From assembly GCA_051362555.1 (NCBI GenBank), contig CM120640.1:68178788-68242787 (forward strand): a stretch of DNA of 64,000 bases, in the 5' to 3' direction. The DNA comes from Lingula anatina. Taxonomy: Eukaryota > Animalia > Brachiopoda. Under the pieces are notes generated by a model, which saw only the letters and a program-made list of their open reading frames with translations, was not told where the DNA came from and searched no databases. Positions 51,202 through 64,000 of this stretch are shown here, in pieces. Both the position numbers and the translations under genes were made by a program. The number at the start of each line of letters is the position of its first letter. The stretch's first letter is position 1.

Positions 51202-52963
51202 TCACATCAATTTTAAATGTCCAGTGACTTCATCCAGAACACTGACTGGAGCTGAAAGTAATAAACATGAACTATGAACTTACTAGTAAACAAAAACAAC
51301 CGAGGCAGTAACAAAAATTACAAATATAAAACCATTACCTAAATTGAAAAATTAAACCTATTTTCTAATAATAACTACAAATTTACTACAACCTCCTTTA
51401 GCACATGCAATTCTGTTTTACAGAAAATATAAAACATTGCATACTTATCATTCATTTGTACATGGAAGCTATGAAAAGCATAAGGGATCACACCCACCTG
51501 GCCCCACTCCTAGCACTGTCCTAGTACTGGGAGCTACCTGTGTCCTGCCAGCATCTCTAATAATTTTGGTATTCAGTCCCAATGACCTGGCTTTTTTCTC
51601 TACAGCTAACCTGCAATGGAAATAAAGTTCCTTCTTCAGGTGTCTACTTTAAATTGAACATGATAGGTGGTACTGCAAAATGGTTCTTTTTCCTTCCAAT
51701 TTCACTCAGTCAAAACTAAATATTACGAAAACATAATTATAAAATATATCATGCCTACAGATCAAACTTTCTTAATAATATGCACTTCTAATGCTTAACA
51801 GTTCCACTTTCCAAGCTTACATGCTTTCTTCATCATTAATTTTAACGACCACTTTTGCCTGTCCCAAATCAAGCCATCTCTTTAATGTTTCTGGATCACT
51901 AATCTGCATTTGGGCAACGCACGCCACTGCTGCGTGTGAGCACTAAAATGAGAGACATTTGTTTAGCACCAAGATATGAAAGTTTCATGCAAAAAGGACA
52001 AAGTAAAAATCACAGAGCATATTAAAGGGTATTGAGGTATATTCCGCTGTCACTGTATTAACGTCAAAGGGTTCAGTATATCACTTAAACTGAAATAAGC
52101 TTGCATTTTCACAAACACCTGTTTACCAGAAGAAATGTGGGACCTCTCTCTCTCTTTTTTTTTACTTTAATTCTTTTATGGAGTAAGCAATAGAATAAGG
52201 TCTATTGACAGTTGCAAAATTTTAGCATAATGTACCTGCGCTGCTATCTTTCCTTTACTCATCTTCAGATCATTTCTAACTACCAATACCAGTTTGTGTT
52301 CTTCTTTGGGACCCTTGTAATACATTAGAATGAAAACTGTGCATATATAAATTATAATCAGTAAAATTTCCGATTGCAACAGTGCTGTATTCTAAATTAT
52401 CCATTGCTGATCTTTTGGACATGATGTCACTTGTCTGCCTTGCATGTCACTTATCAAGGTCACAGTTCACACAAATCTCAAATTTTAAAATTAAGCTAAG
52501 GCTTGGATGGTAACACACATTAAGCCAACTAACAACATATTTATCCAACTTCCATGATTTCAGTTAAGACTCTCTCTCTCTCTCTCTATACATATATATA
52601 CTCGATATATATATATGATGTGTGTGCAATAATACTGAATATATCATCAAGAATGTGATGTTGTTATAAGTAAAAATACTGCGATGTCTCTAAAAATATC
52701 ATATATTTAAAAGATGTGGTGGTGCGGTGATAAAAAAAATTTATGGCACGGAATATGAATAAAAAATACCTGGAAATGAAGGGGGGCAAAAATAAGTATG
52801 TAATAACAAACACCTTGAAGAAGCCATCAGAAGATCCTGTAGCTGTACGGAAAGCTGAAACGTTCCCAACGTTTCTATAGAGCCGCGATCTTGTAATCCA
52901 GCCAATAATTAGTCCAATTCCAGCTCCAATAGCCATTGATGTCAAAGAACCTGTATCTAACAT
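51202..52963 (-). CDS. PTRH2: Peptidyl-tRNA hydrolase 2, mitochondrial (Bit1)
   Basis: Exons 52814-52963, 52236-52313, 51821-51942, 51498-51610, 51202-51251. N-terminal TM anchor, [61 protein letters not shown]. Confidence 0.96.
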
Positions 52964-53087
52964 TTTATCATAAGCATTAAATAGTACGATATTGTCTATA
53001 ATTTCTAAAGCATTACGGGCACATGTTCGGAACCCTATCAGTCAACGTTTTTTCAATCTCCACTTTCAAAAGAGCGCAGGAGTTTGA
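52964..53087. promoter_or_regulatory. Compact bidirectional promoter region PTRH2/ANAPC7
   Basis: Divergent start codons only 124-130 bp apart. Confidence 0.65.
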
Positions 53088-53093
53088 ATGAAG

Positions 53094-56000
53094 ATGAATT
53101 TTTACGATCACATAAAAACACTGCATAACGCAGGATTACATGAAGATGTCCGCTTATTGGTAGGTTAAGGATAATCCTAGCAAACTTGTTTTTGTATAAA
53201 ATGCAGTATTATTTTGTAAATATCCTGTATTGTTCTGCTTATTTCAGGGTGATCTTTTACTCAGCTACAGTGAGCAGCAGCCCGATCTCCTTACTCCGTC
53301 CAGCAAGTACCAAGTGCTAGTGTTCTCTGGGGATGCTTTGGTCCACGGAGGAGAGTACCGCAAGGCAGAGGTAGCTTCACTCGGTTTCCTGTCCCGTGTA
53401 GACTGTTAATCAGAATACATTATAAATACATGTAATACAGTAGATTACCGGTATTCAGTTGGTACATGTAAGATTGTAGAGTAAAAGTTTTAATAGAAAT
53501 GACAAATGGTATGAATTTGAATCTTGTATTAAATACAGTTTCCTTTACCATTACCTGAAGACCTTTTTGAATGAGTTTAAGACTGATGATTCAGACCAAA
53601 CCTAGGTTAGTTCCTACCATTTTTATGTTGAAGAACATGTCATATTACACACTGACTTCTTCATATTTCATATATGTAGGTTCAGTATAAAAAGGCCCTA
53701 CAGATTAAAAAGACATTGAACAAGGGGAAAAGCAAAGCTGTTTCAAATGTAGTAAGTAATATTTCTTGTCACAATTGCTTTTTTACCTTTTAAAAAGTTA
53801 ATTGGGAATGCCGCAAAGGGAATAAAAAGGTTGAAATATAATCGTGTGGTGGTTTTATTGTGCTTTTGATACTTTGTCCTCGTTTGTCAGTTTTTTATTC
53901 CACTGCAACCCTCTTTGCAAGATCTTGATTTATTTATGAATTTATATTTCTGATGACATTAAAATCAATGACATATTTGAGTGTCATGATGGTAAGCAGT
54001 CTTACAACATGCTGCATTTTCATACAAAAAAGCCCCTGTGCCTGATTTAGGAAAAGACACAATTTGAGGTCTAAAACTCCATACACTATAATATTGTCGT
54101 TTTCTGATAAAGCTCCATACATATTTCCCTTATACTGAGTACACTGAACTTCCTGATTTTTAGGAATCCACCTCAGAGGTTGATGTGCGCTTCAAGATTC
54201 ATGAATGTCTGTGTCATTTGAAGCAGCACAGGGAAGCAGTAGCTGTGGTCAGTGGCAAAATACTGTTGTTTCTGGAAGCATTTAGAAGAAGCCATTTAAA
54301 TAACAGTAATAATATAATTAACTAAAACCAACTCTGTATTATTAGTTTTAGTACACTCTTTGTATGATAAATTATAATTGATTTTTTTTAATATTGTGAC
54401 ATCATGAAACATCAGGAAAGTTCAGTTATGTTATATTATATCACATCTATTATCTAGTATATCTGAAGGAATAATAATTTATCATCCAAACAGAAGTCTA
54501 ACCAGTATGTGTATTTTGTATTTGTCTCATTACAGCTTGAAGGAATCAACAGCAAGCAGAGGACATCCAAAGTGAACATGGCACTAGCTAAGCTTTATCA
54601 GAAGACAGGGATGGACAGGTCGGCTGTCACATGCTTTAAAGAGGTTTTAAGGTAAGGTTTTTGGTAGATGATGTATGAATCTATGAAGACAGGCTCTAGA
54701 AAGATAGAATGTGACACCACCTTGTGTAATAGTTCTCATGGCAAGGTGCATTTTTCCCTCTGAGATTGGAGTTAATCAAAGTTAGTTGATGATAAAAAAA
54801 CATCATAATAATTATTTTTTGATAAGAAACATTTATCTTCATATTTTTATTTCAGAGAGTGTCCCCTTGCACTGGAAGCTGTGTTGGGGCTCCTGTCACT
54901 GGGGGTAAGAGGGGCTGAAGTGGCCTCTCTTGTTTTACATGGAGTTCATGGAGGATGTGAATGGTAAGTGTCACATACTCTAGGCCTCTGTGCAGGCCCG
55001 TAGGCAGGGTGGGTTTGGGGGGTTTGAAAGAACCCCCCCTTTTTGCCAGGAAAAGGTCCCCTCTGGGTACAGTTTTATCTAGATACAAGAAGGATTCATG
55101 TTAAAAGGTCCACTTTTTCAGAAAAAGACCCCCCCCCCCCTTTTGAAATTGCTGGCTATGTACCTGTTGTGTAAATGTGACAATTGTCAATAGAGCATAT
55201 TACTTACCATCACTAGTTACAATTTTCAACTATGTGAAGAGATTCAACATTGAAAGCTATTGACTAACTGTTGGTGTCTCATTGGGTCTCGCAGATAAGC
55301 ATTTTTTTCTTGTTTTCTGATGATACCTTTGTAGATAATTGAAGTGGGAGATAACTACTGTGTGTTTTCTTTAGGTTGTCACACTGGATTAAAGGCCACG
55401 CCTTCATAGCCAACAAGGAGTATTCCCATGCTGTGTCCACTTTCAAGGGGTTGGATGCCAAGGTAATAATATGATGAATATGGCAGGAATTCCTTTTAAA
55501 ATGATATAAAGCCATGGGTAATATTAGCCAATTGTTACCAGTTAGCAGTATACCTTGTCTGAATTTGATTTGCCTTATTCTCTAAAACACAGAGTCATCT
55601 CATAGTACTGGTAAATGTTTGGCATCTGATGACGTGAATCAATCTGTTTTCTGCCTAGTTCTACAAAAGACCCACTTTATTCCCTTTCCACAATGAGTCA
55701 AAGACATCTATGGTGTAGGAAAGTAGCTTGACCAAGTTGGCATAAAACCCATACATTCTTATTTGGTAATAAGTGCTAATTTTGTATTGATTATTAATTT
55801 AACCATTATTTTTCAGGTTCTAAGAAACAGTACAGAGTTGTTGTGCAGTCTGGGAGAGGCTCATTTTCTGAATGGAGATTACGCACAGGCACAACTGGCA
55901 TTAGAAAGGGTTTGTGATTATATTCATATGAGCTGTGAAGGTGACATGTAAAATGTAATTTTCAGCTACCTGACTCCAAATACTCTCTTCAAAGACTGTG

Positions 56001-58748
56001 TCAAGTTGTCATTAAGTGCACACTCCATTAGGCAGAAGCTAAAGTTACCGTGGGAAGAGGAAAGGAGCATATTTCAAATTTGAATCTTCATCTAAGGGGA
56101 TGTTTTTAAATACCCCAGTTACTCCCAGTCAATAATACTAATCATTCCAGTGTTTTGAACATGTCTTGGCCTAGAAAGCAGCTACTGTTCATGATAGACA
56201 TAATTTTACTATTGTCAATTTGAATCATTTTTTTCGTCTGATTTCTTCTTTATTTAACATTATCTCAGGCACACACTGCAGAACCTCTCATGTTGAAAAA
56301 CATGGATACATTGGCTTATCTTTATGCCAGGGAAAAGAAAACAAAGGAATTAGAAAGGTAGACATTTTGACGTACCTGTAATAAGATTTGGATCATAATT
56401 GTGCCTTTGCTCTGTATTTAATTCTCATGTTTTTTAACTAAATCGATTGCCTTGCATGTTATCTTTTCATTGTTTTAAAGTATAACTAAATACTTGACTA
56501 ACACATGACTTTGTTTAATTTACTTCCAGCCTTGGCAACCAGTTAATGTCAGTCTCAGAGCAGGCACCCCAGCCATGGGTGGCCATAGGGTACTTCTGCC
56601 TGCTGACAGAGAAGAGAACTAGAGCTGTGTACTTTGCTCAGAAAGCATACACCTTAGACAACCGCTGCCTGGAGGCTCTGCTGCTGAAGGGACAGGGGCT
56701 GCTGGAACTGAAGAAAAACCAGGATGCTATCATGCACTATAGAGAGGCATTAAGGCTAGCCCCAGGAAGATATGAACCTTATAAAGGTATGGTTACACAT
56801 CTGTATGATGAAATACATGTGTAAAAGTAAACCCATGAAAAGTTCAAATAGAATATAGTTTCAGCTTCTTTTTCGTACACAAGTGTGAGTTACCTTTAGA
56901 ACTTCAGTCTAAGTCAAGGATTGGAACAGTCCTATCTTATTAGGCAAGAATTAGGCAAGTTGATGATTATTTAATCTTACACTTGCTAATTCAATAGCAT
57001 CAAAACAAGAAGTCCTCTGCTGATGAGGAAGCTCAGACTTTGTGTAGAAATAGAAAAGTTACAACTGTAAGTTTTCTTTGGTACACTACACAAGTAAATA
57101 TTCATCAAAGTACAAAAGTTTTTGAACACCTTTCCTCATAATACGTGTGAATTATTCAGGTATCATAGACTGTTACATAGCAAGTCACAGAATGAGAGAA
57201 GCCATTCAGATGGGGAGCAGCTCAATTAAACAGCTGGGACAAAATGCCAGGTCACTGACAGTAAGTACCCTCCAGGATATATTTTCTTTTGAATGCTTTG
57301 GAAACAAAGACTGTATGCTTTAACAGCTCTCACACAAATAGATACTGTAATCTCAGAATTGAAATGATTTCATTGGGTAAATGATTCTGCATATATTATG
57401 GTGAAAGTTGTACTGGTTTATTTTTGTATTTTTAAATTTCAGTTGTATGGAAGTGTTTTGGCCAAAGACCAGTTAACTTTAGAAAAGGTAATGTTTTACT
57501 TATAAGACATTGATATGATAAATGAAAACCTGAAAACCACTATGGACCAGGTTGCAAATATGAGCAGAATTACTTAATGTATACAAGAACCAGTAAGCTA
57601 TTTCTCCAAGTCATGTGAGTCTAGCATGCCCAGGTAAATGCATTGATTTTTGTTCATGGCATTTCCTAAAGTCACAGTTACTTCTAGATTGTGAAGCAAA
57701 TCACATATTTTCTTTATTTTCTTAGGCCAAGTCAGTGTTGGAGCTTGCCTTGAAGTTTGATTCACTCCACCTAGATGCCGTGTATGTTATGGCTGATATT
57801 TATACACGCCAGCAGCAGTGGGAGAAAGGCATAGACATGTAAGTTGCCTGCTGCTTACCAAACTCCAGAACCAAGACTAAGACATTAGATATATAAAATA
57901 TAAGTGTTGCAGTGACAATAAAATCTTTTTTCTTTCAGTTTTAAAATATGCGATTTCATACAAAAAAATCCATAAACTGCTTGCAACATATTGCAGGTTA
58001 CGGAACCAGCTTCAGCATCAAAGTACCTGTCGTCTGCACCAGCTGTTGGGCGACTTTTTGTCTCAGACAAATGAAAAACAGGAAGCATTAGACCAATACA
58101 GCATTGCCCTCAGGTAACCTTTTATATTACCTGTCTACTTAGATCCTGATACAAAAATCCTCTTATAATTGTGATTTAAGCTTTGTTTTTTACATACTTT
58201 CAAAATTACCCCACCATCTTAGCAAGTAAATAGGTGCCAGCACAGAATCATTTAAATCACTATCAAAAACATTGATCAAATTTTACCACAATGTTGTACG
58301 TAGCATGTTTATAATATAAAAGACCTTTCCCGCTTTTCAGTCTTGACCCTGGCAACAAGCAAGCCCGTGAAGGAATGGAGCGTGTGGAAAAGAACACAGA
58401 AGTGGGACTGGAGAGTGCTTACGACCTGGAAGTAGAGGACATGGATGGGACAGACAATGATGTAAAGCCAACTTGTTACCTTTTCAAAATATTCAGACCT
58501 ATGAGATTTACGCTAAAAAAAAAGAAATAAAATATTTCTTTGAATGAAACGATCAGCTGTCTGCTATTGCACAATTTACTTTTGCTAAAATGTATAATTT
58601 GTTGAGTTTATTATCAACTATTCTTTAATTTTTTTTAATTTACTTGAATATTTTTAGAAATAACTTTCATACATTATCTTCTCCTCAGATGGACCTTGAT
58701 GGCAGTGATGTTGAGAGTGCCTGGTCTGATGTCAGCGGGTACAGCTAG
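53094..58748 (+). CDS. ANAPC7: Anaphase-promoting complex subunit 7 (TPR protein)
   Basis: About 16 exons (53094-53159, 53248-53370, 53680-53751, 54164-54247, 54536-54651, 54856-54963, 55375-55462, 55817-55909, 56269-56357, 56530-56786, 57160-57260, 57443-57487, 57727-57838, 57996-58113, 58341-58461, 58689-58748). MNFYDHIKTLHNAGLHEDVRLL, SKQRTSKVNMALAKLY..GMDRSAVTCFKEVLRECPLALEA, LSHWIKGHAF, EALLLKG..AIMHYREALRLAP. An in-frame ATG also occurs at 53088. Confidence 0.93.
54993..55166. mobile_element. Small MITE in an ANAPC7 intron
   Basis: Ends caggcccgtaggcag / ctggctatgtacctg, with internal G/C tracts and repeated aaaaggtcc. Confidence 0.55.
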
Positions 58749-60855
58749 CATAGGAGAGGAGGACCTGACAGAAATGGGAGGACTTCCCTACATGCTCAGA
58801 TAGCATAGCCCACTTAAATACATTTTGCTCTTTTGTATATAAATGTATGAGAATGCTCAGTGAAGGAGGAATATGTATGTAAAGAACAAAAAGAACCAGT
58901 GTACACCTTATGAATATGATATATGAATAATCGGGTACATCTTGGTTCTGATGTATGACATATGAAAAATAGACTTCATGTCAACTGCCAGATTTTCAGT
59001 CGTTTTAAGTTTTCTGCAGAACTGATTCAGCCCAGTTATAAAAAAAAACTACCTTATCTTTTACAGTAATCTATAAGAAATAAATAAGTTATCTTTTTAT
59101 CTTGGGTACGTTTATTTCTACAGAAATTACATGTAATACAATTACAAACTAACAACAATTTCTAAAATACAAATTCACTGAAAAAATAAGAAATTTGTTT
59201 AAAAACTTGCATGCTTTACAACGAGAACTGTTAATTCAGTTTTCTCTTTTTAGGATATTAGTAGAATACTCAACTGCTGAGGAGCAATAGTGATTACAAT
59301 GAGAATATAAAGTGGATTAAAGTTATCATTAATGGTCTCAGTTATAACTTTCCAGAAAACGCTTGCCTCTGGGTAATTTAATGTGCTAAGAGGTCAGAAG
59401 TTTGTGGGGAAGGAGGGGAATACATTTGAAAGCTTCTGTCATTTGAACATTGATCTACTTACATATAGGAATTACATGACAAAAGTGGGCCAACACAATC
59501 ATTTACTTAAAAAAAAGATAAGCTGGCTTTGGTATTTTACTTGGAAATGGCAAAGTGCCAAACATAAACATGAATGATAAAAATGCAATTAACTACTATG
59601 GTATAAAATACACTGTAAACAAATTAAAAGCCCAATGTATTACATTACTAATGTAATAAAATATAACTTAACAATAAAGAACAAAAGATAATAAACAAAT
59701 GGGGAGGGGGTGGAGAGGGGTTCCAACGTTTCAAAAATAAAAACCTGAAGTTACCAGTTTGAATGATAAGGCCCCATTCTTTTCCTTAAACAAGCAAATG
59801 CTGCCATTGAACATAGTGATATTGATCTAGATAGTCCTATTTGAGTATATATATATAAAGTCTATTTTTGCACAATTGCTGAATAAAGACAGGCTGTGTA
59901 GTTAATTTGCTTTGTTTGAAAAATACCCTCTGGTTTATCAAGAACTGCTATTACATTTTGTAAAGCAATTTCTTCGTGAAAATAATGCCTGACATTTAAA
60001 TGCTATTTGCATTCTAAAATCCTGCCATGATTTTAGCATAGTTAACAAAACTCTTATATCAAGACAGTGACAGTTTGGCACCTCCTTCACTGCTAATATG
60101 TAGTAAATCTTATTACTGATATAAACAACACTTGCTGCACACCAGTTCCTTTGATTATTAACTCCAGGATACTAAAATTTACTAGTGTCAAGTAATTACA
60201 TAGTGAAATAAATATTTACAATACAGAACACACCTAAACAAGAATGCACTGCAGATTCTGCCTCTTAATTCTAGTTATAGTGCTCCCAAAACTGGGTCTT
60301 CAAACGTTATAATACATGTATGCCAATTTTATCAAAACAATGTTTTTCTTCATCAGCACTACAGCTAGAATATAGGGCAATTATTCTATAAACATTTTTA
60401 CATGCTGCATTGCAATATCTCATCTTTTCTAATTTTTGTGAAATGAAACATGCTGGATTATAAATGTCTAGTACCATTTGTCAGTTACATAAAAACCAAA
60501 TTATGCTCTCAGTATAAAGAACTGAGTTAACGTAGGTCATCTGAAAAACTTTATTGATTTCATTTCTAAGTAGAGCTGCAATTCTTATCAAATACAAGTT
60601 TGAGTTTGTATGAAAACAAATACCAATGAGATTTTACCATGTAAGTTCACCAAAAAATCAGAAACAGAAGCTCCTATATATATATTGATATCTGGTTTAA
60701 CACAAAAATGTCTAATCACACAATGAGGTAAGTGAAACGGGATTCCAGTGATGGATTCTAGTTTCTAATTTGTGGAAAAACAGTCATGTCTTGCAAATTT
60801 CTTGCACTGCCAGTTGTGTGTTACGCTCTCCATAGAATTTAGGGAAATGAAGTAT

Positions 60856-63441
60856 TTACTGTGCACCTGGGACTTGCCTCAGAACCTGAAATAAAAAGAT
60901 AACAGGAGTTATGCTTAGTCCAAGTCCAAACAGATGGAAACTGTGCACAGTGGAAAAACCAAGAACATGTATTTATCTTCAAAGATTTCATATTTTTGCT
61001 AAAGCCGTAGATCAACTACATCAGTGTTAACATTATCATAAATCATCAGAAATGCCATGCAGGCATAAAAGGTGACAGAATAATTCTATATATCAATATA
61101 ATTACAATCTTATTACCTTTGATAGGTCAACTCCAGTCAATGCAGAAACTGCAGGGGGTAAAGAACTGACCAGCCGGCTGATTTCCCCAGTAGTGCGATC
61201 ATCACCAATCATGACAATTTCTTCAGTCTTGCTTAGAGGAGCGGACACTTCAGCAGCAATCTGGAAGAAAAAAAATAATTGTTTGTGCAACTTCTAGCAA
61301 TTGTAAAAGAATTAACGGAATTAATGTCTTCATAAGTGAATAAAAAAAAAAGATATTGACCATAATTTATCACAGACATCTTCCAAATTTTTGAGCAACA
61401 ATTTACAAACCACAATATTTGCATTTACATGCAGTGCCTATAGCTCATCTAAGCCAGGTTCTTTTTATAACTCAAAACCATGAAATATACCTTGGGCAAT
61501 GTTTCAAGGACCAAGCTAAGCATGGCAGCATCTCCATATTGCTTGTATGCAGCAGCCTTGAGCCTCATTCTCTCAGCCTCAGCCTTGCCGACAGCCTCAA
61601 TAGCAGCAGCCTCGGCTCCACCCACAAGCCTGATCTTTTCAGCCTCAGCCTTGGCCACATCAACAGTCTGGGTCCTATTTTGAAAAGTGATAATGCAAAC
61701 TAAGGTTTAATTCATGTTGTTTATCTTGTAATTTTGTCTCAGAAAAGCAAGTTTTCATGTGATTTGAATGTTCTATTTCTCATTTTACAATTATATGTTA
61801 ATCAACATATCCAGTTTACAACCCGACCCAGCCTTGTTTCAATTAAATTCTTCACCTTTTGCCCTCTGCCAGCACCTCGGTCTTGTATGCCTCAGCCTCA
61901 GCTGGTCGCTTAATGGTGGCAACCAAATCATTTTCCTTACGCAAAATTTCTTTTTCTTCAATCTCAATTAATTTTTTCCTCTCAACAACTTCAATCTCTA
62001 TTTCTTCAGCTCTTATTCTCTGCCTTTCCTTGGCACCCTGCAGTTCATATGCCAATTCTGCCTCAGCTTTCTGAAATTTATGATAATTATCAAACAATTA
62101 TTATCTACTAAAAATGTTTGTTTTTTAGACATTCAATTTAAAAATCAGCCTTCGTGAAGTACGCATACAAAGTCAAGATAAAAACATTGTACCATAGAAG
62201 TAGGTGATTGTACAAAGGACAGCAGTGTGTCAACACACATGGTTACTACAGGAGCCACCTTACCCTGGCATTGACTTCAATATCAAAACTAGCTTTCTGC
62301 ATCTGAAATGCCCTGGATGAGTCTGCGATCTTTGTGTCTGCTTCATATCTAACATCCATACGTGCTTTTTCACATTCAGCTTCCTAGGAAAGTAATGATA
62401 ATGAGATTATCATTATGACAATAACTAAGTGCATATTATTCAAGCAACTTGGATGGATCAAATCCATACAGATACAAAAAAAATGTCAACTCACTCTGAT
62501 TCCAGCGTCTCTGTTTGCTTCAGCTACACCAATATCTGCATCTCTCTTTACATTGGCTGTCTGAGCTCTTCCCAGAGAAGCAAGGTATTCCACATTATCA
62601 AATACATCTTTGATTGTAAAGCTAAGAATCTCTATGCCCATCTTCCCCACATCAGGAGAAGCTACTTCTCTCACCAACTGAGCAAACTGGTCCCTGTCTT
62701 GGTAAATAGCCTCCACACTCAGGGTACCTAAAAACAAGGCATTGAGGTATACATTGAATACACCAATCCATGTATTCAGTGAGTATCTATAAGAACAGAT
62801 CCATACTATTGAAAATACTGAAATAGCTTAGGCAATGCACAGGCAGTATTGGAAACTGCCTCATATATTTCTGATTGCCATGTGACATTTTCAAAAAGGA
62901 CTATTTCACTTCCTTACCAAGAATGGCCCTCAAATGACCTTCTAAAGTCTGTAGAATGACACTTTCAATCTGTCTCACATCTTTTCCCAGGAACTGTTCA
63001 CAGGCAGTGGCTAGCAGTTCTGGTTCTGTCATAACTTTGCACTGGGCCACCCCAGTTACTGTTAGAGGCACACCCTCTGAGGTCTCTACACTCTCACATA
63101 TTGGGTTGAGAGTCATCACCTCCAAGCTTATTCTGAAAGGTATAGGTTTCAATTTAGATATCATATGAGATAGCATTATGATTAGTAAAGCTAATCTATT
63201 CTCTGTATAGCAGCAATGAGCTGTACAGTTAATTCTTGAATCAATATTCTAAAGAGTGGACATTTTTAAGTTGTAACCTTGAATATAAAGGAATATTATA
63301 TAAACTAAAATGAATACTACACCAGTTTGATCCCACACACATTGAGATAGTGTTCTTACTTTTGCACATCTGTCACCAGACACCAGGCCCATCCCCAGCC
63401 TCCAATAATGGTCCTCTTCTCCTGTGCACCACAGCAGCCAC
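60856..63441 (-). CDS. FLOT2: Flotillin-2 (5'-partial)
   Basis: Exons 63360-63441, 62918-63132, 62495-62727, 62264-62383, 61856-62070, 61491-61674, 61117-61260, 60856-60885. GGCCG..GGWGWAW, ISLEVMTL..ACEQFLGK..QTLEGHLRAILGTL..YQDRDQFAQLVREVASPDVG, AEA repeats and LPPAVSALTGVDLSK; exon 1 is beyond the window end. Confidence 0.97.
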
Positions 63442-64000
63442 CTTAATACAGCAACACATAATCATAAACTCAAATGCTAAACATGTGCTGAAAACTGTCA
63501 AAAAGAAAATTAAGTCAGAAGCAAGCGAAAATGGTCCACAAAGACACATATCAGTGATGCTCACATTTTGTGTGATATCTGTATAATTCTCTCTTTTCCC
63601 ACTATTTTTGCTGTTTTATACAATATCATAGTACCCTCCACTTGTTGCAGCAATCAACAGCAATTAAAAAGTTATCAAATGATGCAGGAGCAGGTGGTGA
63701 AATATATGATGATTGCGTAATAACCATTAGTTACAGCATGTACCCTACATTTAGTCCAGGAAATTACTGAATGTTCAACTGCATATTTCATTTAATGAAT
63801 AAGTGCATATTACTGGATTTATATTTCACAATATTAATAAATAAAAATCTGTCTGCCTTGAAACAGAAACAAAAAATATCACCATCCCTGGGTTCACTCT
63901 AAAGAGCCCTGAGATGAATTTTTGTTGTCAATGCTAAGTCAAATCTAAAGCGAACATTTCATACTCCCTTAAACAAATTAAAAAAAGATATGAATTTGAC

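Noticed and set aside
57010-57090. Second CTGATGA...GAAA motif as a hammerhead
   Set aside because: Convincing stems II and III could not be formed around the core.

Overview
AT-rich, intron-containing metazoan genomic DNA. A lophotrochozoan/mollusc-like origin is inferred from the repeat types and the amylase architecture; the species cannot be determined from the sequence. Spliced genes: TRAPPC13 (+, first exon outside the window), SGT (-), SREK1/SRSF11-like SR protein (+), an intronless class I SAM methyltransferase (-) followed by a pseudogene copy and a 5' fragment, an alpha-amylase with a long linker and extra C-terminal domain (-), an unrecognised 3-exon gene for a 74-aa secreted prepropeptide (-), PTRH2 (-) head-to-head with ANAPC7 (+), and FLOT2 (-, first exon outside the window). 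Intergenic DNA holds nested transposons: a long-TIR element containing a Helentron-type element with a 146-bp satellite array, a TA-flanked Tc1/mariner-type element, two near-identical ~615-bp TIR elements with 8-bp TSDs carrying a RecQ-helicase remnant, an internally deleted RTE retroposon, a Tc1 fragment, foldback MITEs and a hammerhead-like motif. The most notable observations are the RecQ-carrying TIR family, the orphan furin-processed peptide gene, candidate 9-nt and 3-nt TRAPPC13 microexons, and TRAPPC13-SGT-SREK1 order and orientation matching human 5q12. All exon coordinates were read by hand from splice signals and frame continuity.
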